NCBI GenBank assembly: GCA_934130375.1
Contig: CAKOXW010000001.1
Span: 328,067-392,066 of the forward strand
Length of the DNA: 64,000 bases
Reading direction: 5' to 3'
Source of the DNA: an uncultured Bacilli bacterium
GTDB lineage: Bacteria; Bacillota_I; Bacilli_A; RF39; UBA660
Shown: positions 57,609-64,000 of the stretch, in pieces
Layout of the letters: the number at the start of each line of letters is the position of its first letter
How positions within the stretch are numbered: the stretch's first letter is position 1
The notes under the pieces: model-generated
Told to the model about the DNA's origin: nothing
Databases searched by the model: none
Seen by the model: the letters and a program-made list of their open reading frames with translations, nothing else
Made by a program: the position numbers and the translations under genes

Positions 57609-57818
57609 TTTTTTATTAGCATTTTCTCTTGCTAGTTCTATATTCTTAGATGCGACAAATGTACCTTTTCCTTGAACTGACCTTATGTATCCTTCATTTT
57701 CTAGTTCATCATATACTTTCTTTATAGTCATTACATTTATTTTAATATCACTTGCAAGCGTTCTAATTGAAGGGATAGCATCACCACTTTTTAATTCATC
57801 AGTTATTATTTGGTTAAT
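57609..57818 (-). pseudogene. GntR-family HTH gene remnant (no intact start)
   Basis: INQIITDELKSGDAIPSIRTLASDIKINVMTIKKVYDELENEGYIRSVQGKGTFV... is homologous to 44340..44708 but lacks a start codon in frame. An S51-like C-terminal fragment follows downstream. Confidence 0.5.
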
Positions 57819-57941
57819 TATTTAACTTTTTATCTGTTTATATATTGAAACAGTACTACTAATAATAATTATTTTTCATAAAACCTCTAGTATTATATAC
57901 ATTATATAACACTTATCAATAAAAAAGAACTAACTAATTTG

Positions 57942-58157
57942 TTAGTTCGATAACTTATTATTATCTTCTCTTTTCTTTGTAACAAATACATACAATAATA
58001 TTATTACTAAAGCACTTATTTCTACTAATAAAACATTTAATAATTTACTACTAATATCATCCTTGTTATTACTATTATTAATAAAATTATCACTATTAGA
58101 ATAACTTACCATCAGTATAACTATCAATAGAATAATAAAGACCATTTTCAGAATCAC
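57942..58157 (-). pseudogene. Probable C-terminal membrane-anchor segment of the surface protein, separated by a -1/+1 frameshift
   Basis: ..SKLLNVLLVEISALVIILLYVFVTKKREDNNK is a typical hydrophobic stretch plus a positively charged tail. It overlaps the 58096..59508 ORF in another frame. Confidence 0.35.
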
Positions 58158-59508
58158 CAGTAATTACTCCATCTTTATATATTTTATATGAGTTATAACT
58201 TAAATCTTTAGTTGTGTATAACAAGGTTTTAATATCTTTATTTGTTTTAAACGCTGTTATGATTTTATCATTTTCATCTTTAATAACTAGTAAAGTGTTT
58301 GCTGAAATTGTTTCATTAAATGTTACATATATGTTTTTTTGACTAGAACTATCTATTCTATCAGCCATATTACCTGTTGCGATAATAGTTCCTCCATTTA
58401 TATATGTTCCTTTATCAGAATCAAGTCCAGAATCACCACTTTTATAATGTGAGAATGCATAAATAGTACCTCCATTAATAGTTAATGTACCATTAGAATC
58501 TATTGCATCCCCTTCGTCCGCATCATCTAATACATTTGCATATAAAGTTTTAACATTTATAACTAAATCATTTCTTACATTTTTAGCTTGGGAAGAAGTT
58601 GTTGTGTTTAAGCAATCATCCATCGCATTTATAACATAATCTCCTTTACCATCACCTAAATATAAATTACCTTTAGTTTCAATTCCTTCTTTATTTTTAC
58701 TAGTAACATTTAAATAACCATCTCCAGCAAAATATAAATCTATATCAGAAGATATCGCACCACTTGCTTTATAAAAATAATATGGATCTCCATCTTGTAA
58801 ATCTTCTTTATCTGCAGTTACTTTAGCAAATAAAATATTATCAATTTGTTTACTTGTATAAATACCATAATATGAAGTATAAATATCATAATTATTTTTT
58901 ATATCCCCTGTATAATTAGAAGAATATTTATCTAATTCATCACTACCAACTAGACTAACTTTTTTTAATTTACCACCTTCAATATAATTTTTTGAATTAC
59001 TAACTGAATAAATAGTTACTTTACAATCAGTATAATTTATATCTTTATTATAAACATATATTGCAGGTGCCTTTTTAGTATCAGTATCAATAGATACATT
59101 ATTTAAATATAGATTAATATTACCTTTAAGTTCATTAGTATTAATAGCAATCATACCAACAAATTTACCACTTAATTCATAATTACCAATATTATTTATA
59201 TTTAAGACTTTAATATCAAGGTTTTTAATTTTAGTATCATTTGAATTATTTTCAATAAAATCATCTAAGTCTGAACTTTTAACAGAAGATACTCCATCAA
59301 ATAAGAAATTTGTTATATATACATCATCCAAATTATCACTATTATAATCTTTTATAAAATCTTCTAAGTTATCATACTCTTTAATACTCTTATTATCTAT
59401 TTTTAAATTATCTAAATCAATATTTACTTTACTATCTGCAAGTACATTTGTATTTAAAATAAACAAACTAACTAATAAAATTCCTAAATATTTAAAAATA
59501 TTTTTCAT
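58096..59508 (-). CDS. Secreted surface protein (signal peptide; possible beta-helix/carbohydrate-binding type)
   Basis: N-terminal signal peptide MKNIFKYLGILLVSLFILNTNVLA. 470 aa, rich in N/D/Y/G/T. Confidence 0.5.
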   Translation of the reverse strand: MKNIFKYLGILLVSLFILNTNVLADSKVNIDLDNLKIDNKSIKEYDNLEDFIKDYNSDNLDDVYITNFLFDGVSSVKSSDLDDFIENNSNDTKIKNLDIKVLNINNIGNYELSGKFVGMIAINTNELKGNINLYLNNVSIDTDTKKAPAIYVYNKDINYTDCKVTIYSVSNSKNYIEGGKLKKVSLVGSDELDKYSSNYTGDIKNNYDIYTSYYGIYTSKQIDNILFAKVTADKEDLQDGDPYYFYKASGAISSDIDLYFAGDGYLNVTSKNKEGIETKGNLYLGDGKGDYVINAMDDCLNTTTSSQAKNVRNDLVINVKTLYANVLDDADEGDAIDSNGTLTINGGTIYAFSHYKSGDSGLDSDKGTYINGGTIIATGNMADRIDSSSQKNIYVTFNETISANTLLVIKDENDKIITAFKTNKDIKTLLYTTKDLSYNSYKIYKDGVITGDSENGLYYSIDSYTDGKLF

Positions 59509-59520
59509 TTGTCCTCCAAT

Positions 59521-59715
59521 CTAATTATTATTATTATTTTGATTATTTCCACTTGGCATATCAGGTGGTGTTTGTCTATCTATTTCTTTTATATCATTTC
59601 TAAACCCATCATCCTTGTTATTCTTAGATGCAACTGTATAAGCATATATAGAACCAGTTGATATAATCGCACCTAATAGTAATCCAACTAAAAATATTAC
59701 AATTTTTTCTTTCAT
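59521..59715 (-). CDS. Small secreted/membrane-anchored protein
   Basis: Likely start MKEKIVIFLVGLLLGAIIS (signal/anchor). Asn-rich tail. Confidence 0.35.
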   Translation of the reverse strand: MKEKIVIFLVGLLLGAIISTGSIYAYTVASKNNKDDGFRNDIKEIDRQTPPDMPSGNNQNNNNN

Positions 59716-59784
59716 AAATTCCTCCTTCAAATTAATAATATAATATAAATATGTGAAAATTATGTAAAAAAAAAGAAAAATCAA

Positions 59785-60432
59785 TTAATCTTTCTTTATA
59801 CTCAAATAATATGTTTCTAATATTTTTAATAATGTAATTGATATTATTATTGAACCAATTATATCACTAGCCCAGTGTACTCCAGATAAAAGTCTTCCAA
59901 GAACAATTAATACCATTGATATAATTGATACAATGTTGATATATTTATAAATCTTTTTATTATTAAATAAATATTTATTTATTAAAAGTGCACTTCCACA
60001 AATACAAATTGATAATAATGTATGACTAGATGGATAAGATGCTTCTAAAATACCATCTATAAGAACAGGTCTATAATTAATAATGCATTTTTCAAAGAAA
60101 ACATATATTAATATTACTACAACATAAAGTATTCCAAGTGCGATTAGTTCTTTATCAACTTTTAAACTTTTTCTATCAATTACTTGAATTAATCCAATAA
60201 CTGCATACATAAGAGCAATTAAAATAGGAATAATACCAAGTATTTCAGTTATCTTATATAAAGTCATATTATTTCCAGTTAGATTAAATACAAAACTATT
60301 TAATGAAGAAAATCCGACTACTGAACCATTTGGTCCGATTATAGAAGTATCAACGTATTTTACAAGTATAGTATATGTAATTGATAATAAAACAAGTAAT
60401 ATACATATTAATGAATTTTTTCTATTTTTCAT
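59785..60432 (-). CDS. PAP2 family membrane phosphatase
   Basis: PSSHT (PSGH-like) and SGVHWASD (SR..H...D-like) motifs. Six TM helices. Confidence 0.6.
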   Translation of the reverse strand: MKNRKNSLICILLVLLSITYTILVKYVDTSIIGPNGSVVGFSSLNSFVFNLTGNNMTLYKITEILGIIPILIALMYAVIGLIQVIDRKSLKVDKELIALGILYVVVILIYVFFEKCIINYRPVLIDGILEASYPSSHTLLSICICGSALLINKYLFNNKKIYKYINIVSIISMVLIVLGRLLSGVHWASDIIGSIIISITLLKILETYYLSIKKD

Positions 60433-60451
60433 AAAACACCTCTTTTAATAA

Positions 60452-61030
60452 TTATTTATAAAATCTTAATACTTGGTATTGATAATAATCATTGTTATCT
60501 AAATAACCAACAGAAATACCTTTTCCATTGTATGCTGTTTCACCAGTTGATGATTTAGTTTTTGCTTCCTCTAATAATGCAGCAATAGAAGTATCTGTTA
60601 CTTCATTATAATTTGCTTTTATTAAATATTTAGCATATGTATTAGCAGCATCACCATACTTACTAGTTTTATTTACATAAATAAGCATATAATCTACAAT
60701 GTCAATATTTTTATCTCCAGTATATGTTTTTGGAACAACTACTAAATAAACACCATCAAGTAGTCCATACCAATATTGATTATTTTCTTCAGTTAAATAG
60801 TCAGCTGATGCGGGATTTAAAGAAGAACTACCATTATCCATTACTTGTGTATTAAATTTTGCAACAAGTACATCAATGCTTTCTTTTTCAACAGAGCCAT
60901 ACTTTTCATAACTTTCTTCTAAATCCTTTTTAGCATCTTCAACCTTAGAATTTCCACATCCAGTTACTCCTAAAATAACAAAACCACACATTAAAATAGT
61001 AAATATTTTCTTTTTCATAATAACCTCCAT
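60452..61030 (-). CDS. Lipoprotein (lipobox LGVTGC)
   Basis: Signal peptide with lipobox Cys. 192 aa. Confidence 0.55.
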   Translation of the reverse strand: MEVIMKKKIFTILMCGFVILGVTGCGNSKVEDAKKDLEESYEKYGSVEKESIDVLVAKFNTQVMDNGSSSLNPASADYLTEENNQYWYGLLDGVYLVVVPKTYTGDKNIDIVDYMLIYVNKTSKYGDAANTYAKYLIKANYNEVTDTSIAALLEEAKTKSSTGETAYNGKGISVGYLDNNDYYQYQVLRFYK

Positions 61031-61081
61031 CTCTTACTATATATAATAATAGCATAAAAAATCATTTTATTAAATAAATTA

Positions 61082-61834
61082 TTATCCCTTGCCTATTTCA
61101 TACGAAGCAGTTAAATAATTATTATTATCTTCCAAATATAAAGTTCTTCTAAATTCCAAATTATTTTTAGATAGACATAGTTCTAAAAAACATAAGAAAA
61201 TTCCAATATCAATTTGATTATAATAATCAACCATCATAATAGGCATAATACCTCTTTTGCCTTCTTTTTTATATCTATATACTTTTATTTCGTTATGTGA
61301 TGTTTCTACCTTCCAAGGCTGTGTATTACATGAACTTGGTGCATAACGAACAATATTTGCAATATCTAAATAATCTTTACCGTTCCATATTTCTTCTATA
61401 CTCTTTCTTTTACTTTTAAACATATCTTTTCTAAACTTTAAAGGTGAATTTACCTTGGCAATTGCAATCATTATTACAAAATCTAAACCATCATATTTCA
61501 TATCAGTAGGTTTACCAATTCCAAACCATAATGTACCAATATTTTTTGATACTAGATACAAATCCATTTGTTCACCCAAATAACCAATATTTTGTAAATA
61601 CAAATCCTTCTTTTCAGAATAGAACAAAATAGAATACTCTTCACCTCTTTTACAGATAGTATTATCTTTTACTATTTTAATTTTAACATTTATATCATTT
61701 ACTAATGGCTTTAAACTATAAAAATAATTCTCAATATCCTCTAATTCTTTAGAAGTAATATGCTCATTTCCTATATCTTTAAATAAATGAAATGATTTTC
61801 TTTTGTAAATCATATCGTAAAGATTATTGTTCAT
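61082..61834 (-). CDS. Nitroreductase family protein
   Basis: RKSFHLFKD and RYAPSSCNTQPWKV motifs. Confidence 0.65.
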   Translation of the reverse strand: MNNNLYDMIYKRKSFHLFKDIGNEHITSKELEDIENYFYSLKPLVNDINVKIKIVKDNTICKRGEEYSILFYSEKKDLYLQNIGYLGEQMDLYLVSKNIGTLWFGIGKPTDMKYDGLDFVIMIAIAKVNSPLKFRKDMFKSKRKSIEEIWNGKDYLDIANIVRYAPSSCNTQPWKVETSHNEIKVYRYKKEGKRGIMPIMMVDYYNQIDIGIFLCFLELCLSKNNLEFRRTLYLEDNNNYLTASYEIGKG

Positions 61835-61932
61835 ATAATTATCTCCTTTCTATTTTCCTAAAAAATAAATAATATATTAATATTCCATCTATTACAATAT
61901 TATTGACGCAATTGATACAATGTTAATATTTT

Positions 61933-62262
61933 TTACTCATTTTCAATAACTTTTTCAAGGAAAATTTTTTCTTCAAAAGCACCACGTTTTTCATTTTTTT
62001 TGTCTGCAATTTTTATAACTTCATTTAAATTTTTATTTTCTAAATTAGCTAATGCTCTAATTACTTCTAACATATCAGCTAATTCTTCTACACGATTATC
62101 ACCTGTTGCTTCAATTACTTCTTTATATTCTTCATATAATTTTTTTTCTAATTCTATTTTATATTCAAATTCATCTAATATTCTTACAATTGGTGTTTCT
62201 CCATTTCCTTTTATTATGTTTGGAATTTTATCTCTTACTAGTTTATTATATATTCTTTCCAT
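61933..62262 (-). CDS. MazG-like nucleoside triphosphate pyrophosphohydrolase (YpjD-like small all-alpha NTP-PPase)
   Basis: KLVRDKIPNII...EELADMLEVI pattern. 109 aa. Confidence 0.6.
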   Translation of the reverse strand: MERIYNKLVRDKIPNIIKGNGETPIVRILDEFEYKIELEKKLYEEYKEVIEATGDNRVEELADMLEVIRALANLENKNLNEVIKIADKKNEKRGAFEEKIFLEKVIENE

Positions 62263-62437
62263 CTTCTATCCTCCTTAATAATTTTTTCAATAATTCTATT
62301 TTCTTATTTTTGAACTTGTTCCAAAATGGAACAGTTGAATTCTTATCCAATTCATCATCATCATTATATATGTTTTTTATACCACTTATATCGACGTCGT
62401 ATACATACAATACTCAAACAAGTCTCTAAATATTTTT

Positions 62438-63646
62438 TTATTTTTCAATGCTTTTTCGATGCATCACTGAAACACACTCCACATGTTTAGTCTTTGGAAA
62501 TAAATCAAATAATTTCATATCAACTATATCGTAATACTCTTTTAAATAATTTAAATCTCTTGCTAGCGTAGTAGAATTACATGAAACATATACAATTTTG
62601 TTAATGTTATTATCTACTATGGTTTTAAGTACCATCTTATCTACTCCACTTCTTGGTGGATCTAGTATTACTGTATTAAAAAGTCTAAGGTTTGGTAAAT
62701 TATCTTCTACTCTACCACTTATAAATTCAACATTACTGCATTTATTTAACTCACTATTCCTTTTAGCGTCTTTAATAGCACAATCTATTATCTCAATACC
62801 AAGTACCCTACTTACTTTATCAGGAATATATATAGATATAGACCCAACTCCACAATATAAATCAAGTACACAATCTTTATTATCTAATACATCTTTTACA
62901 TAATCATAAAGCTTAATACACATATTAGTATTCTTCTGAAAAAAAGATGGATTAGAAATAATATATTTCTTATCTTTTAAAGAAATAGAACTATATTCAT
63001 TAATTATAGGTTTATTATTTATATATAAAGAATTAAATAAAACCATATTCTTAAACTCATCAATCAAATTAAAACTATTACTCTCAATATTAATAATAAT
63101 ATTATCATAATGTTTAATACTAATCTTACTAATATTATTATCCTTGTACTTCTTAATAAAGCACCTTATATCACTAAGAACTTTATTGATTGTATCATCT
63201 GCAATATAACAATAATCTATATCTACTATAGTATGAGTATTATTCTTATAAAAACCTATCTTATCTTTATCTACATTTAAGGTAATATGATTTCTATAAT
63301 TATATTCCCTATCATATTCTATATCTATATTATCTATTTTTATATTAGCAATATGTTCTAAATTATTAATAACCTTGTTCTTCTTAAACATAATCTCATT
63401 ATCATAAGTTGTATGCATTAGATTGCATCCCCCGCACTCATAATAATACTTACACTTAGGAATTACTCTATCCTTAGACTTAGTAATAATATTCTCTATA
63501 TTAGCAATATTATATTTCTTATGCTCATCTACAATATTAATATCTACTACCTCACCACATAGAGCATAAGGAACGAAAGTAACTTTATCACCAACTCTAC
63601 ATATACCTTGTCCTTCATTATTTAAATTATTTATATTAACTTTCAT
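62438..63646 (-). CDS. rlmD: 23S rRNA (uracil-C5)-methyltransferase RlmD/RumA family (TRAM plus class I MTase with Fe-S Cys cluster)
   Basis: N-terminal TRAM, Cys cluster CKYYYECGGCNLMH, LDLYCGVGSISI, DPPRSG. Confidence 0.75.
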   Translation of the reverse strand: MKVNINNLNNEGQGICRVGDKVTFVPYALCGEVVDINIVDEHKKYNIANIENIITKSKDRVIPKCKYYYECGGCNLMHTTYDNEIMFKKNKVINNLEHIANIKIDNIDIEYDREYNYRNHITLNVDKDKIGFYKNNTHTIVDIDYCYIADDTINKVLSDIRCFIKKYKDNNISKISIKHYDNIIINIESNSFNLIDEFKNMVLFNSLYINNKPIINEYSSISLKDKKYIISNPSFFQKNTNMCIKLYDYVKDVLDNKDCVLDLYCGVGSISIYIPDKVSRVLGIEIIDCAIKDAKRNSELNKCSNVEFISGRVEDNLPNLRLFNTVILDPPRSGVDKMVLKTIVDNNINKIVYVSCNSTTLARDLNYLKEYYDIVDMKLFDLFPKTKHVECVSVMHRKSIEK

Positions 63647-63809
63647 AAAACACTTCCTACATAAGAATTATATCATGTTTTTTAATACTTAAAAAGAAAA
63701 ATGAATACATGTTATTTACTCGCATTATTTTAAATTAAATTATTAAAAAGTAAGTTTTAAATTTGTATACTTTAAGTATACCATGTCAATAATAAAAATG
63801 GTGAAGATT

Positions 63810-64000
63810 ATGCTTGATAATATTATTAAAAAATTAAATGAAAATCCAGACTTTGTTGTAAGAAAAATTAATATTAATAACTGTGATGTAACTTTTTTGT
63901 TTTTTGAAACTCTTACTAGTACTAGTAACATTAATGATTTTATTTTAAAATATACAAGTTATTTAAAAGCAAATAAGAAATTAATATTAAACATAGATAA
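63810..64000 (+). CDS. Spore germination protein, GerA (GerAA/KA) family, N-terminal part; runs off the window end
   Basis: MLDNIIKKLNENPDFVVRKINI..DVTFLFFETLTS is typical of the GerAA N-terminus. RBS GGTGAAG 5 nt upstream. An alternative ATG is at 63798. Confidence 0.5.
   Translation, partial: MLDNIIKKLNENPDFVVRKININNCDVTFLFFETLTSTSNINDFILKYTSYLKANKKLILNID

Noticed and set aside
62300-62335. Inverted repeat GAACTTGTTCC-AAAAT-GGAACAGTTGAA between the MazG-like gene and rlmD
   Set aside because: No adjacent U-run on either strand, and the function is unclear, so it may be incidental.
63743-63931. Minus-strand 62-aa ORF at the window end
   Set aside because: It overlaps, in antisense, a plus-strand reading frame with a good RBS whose product resembles the GerAA N-terminus. 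The minus ORF is hydrophobic and low-complexity, with no RBS.

Overview
This is a low-GC (about 27-28% GC) Firmicutes chromosomal segment, most likely Clostridium or a close relative (a GerA-type germination gene, type IV pilins, a T-box on serS and rubrerythrin are present). Almost all genes are on the minus strand. The flanks carry ordinary housekeeping genes: uvrC (partial), LemA, tRNA-Arg(CCU), an M16 peptidase pair, deoD, lon, tig, greA, serS with a Ser T-box leader, hisS, rubrerythrin and rlmD. The middle, roughly 24.5-57.3 kb, is an accessory block bounded by two nearly identical copies of a truncated Rel (RelA/SpoT-type HD-synthetase-TGS) gene. Each copy is preceded by a conserved small leader ORF whose stop codon lies inside an intrinsic terminator, which looks like a translation-coupled attenuator. 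Rel copy 1 heads an operon with a PTP-like phosphatase, an alkaline-phosphatase-superfamily enzyme and an ITPase. Rel copy 2 is translationally coupled (ATGA overlaps) to a pol-beta nucleotidyltransferase, a Zn-ribbon protein and a Cys-rich micro-ORF interrupted by an in-frame TAG. Between the two copies lies a dense cluster of phosphotransfer enzymes: a LicC/LicA-like nucleotidyltransferase-kinase fusion, two further APH-fold kinases, a HAD-HprK-like kinase fusion, two PHP phosphoesterases, HAD/Cof phosphatases, two NUDIX hydrolases, two tandem CYTH proteins, a methyltransferase, a membrane GT2 and a LysR regulator. There are also two tandem type IV pilin-LRR fusion genes, each with a G9-G10 homopolymer inside its promoter spacer (a phase-variation candidate), and a 592-aa pilin with Listeria-Bacteroides repeats and a glycine-rich tail. 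Smaller observations: an orphan consensus promoter driving a roughly 48-nt hairpin RNA antisense to a gene next to the tRNA, a C-free GT-rich tract ending in a three-way-junction terminator, a recurring 27-bp motif upstream of the pilin genes, repeat elements and decayed gene remnants. No CRISPR array, rRNA or recognisable transposase was seen.
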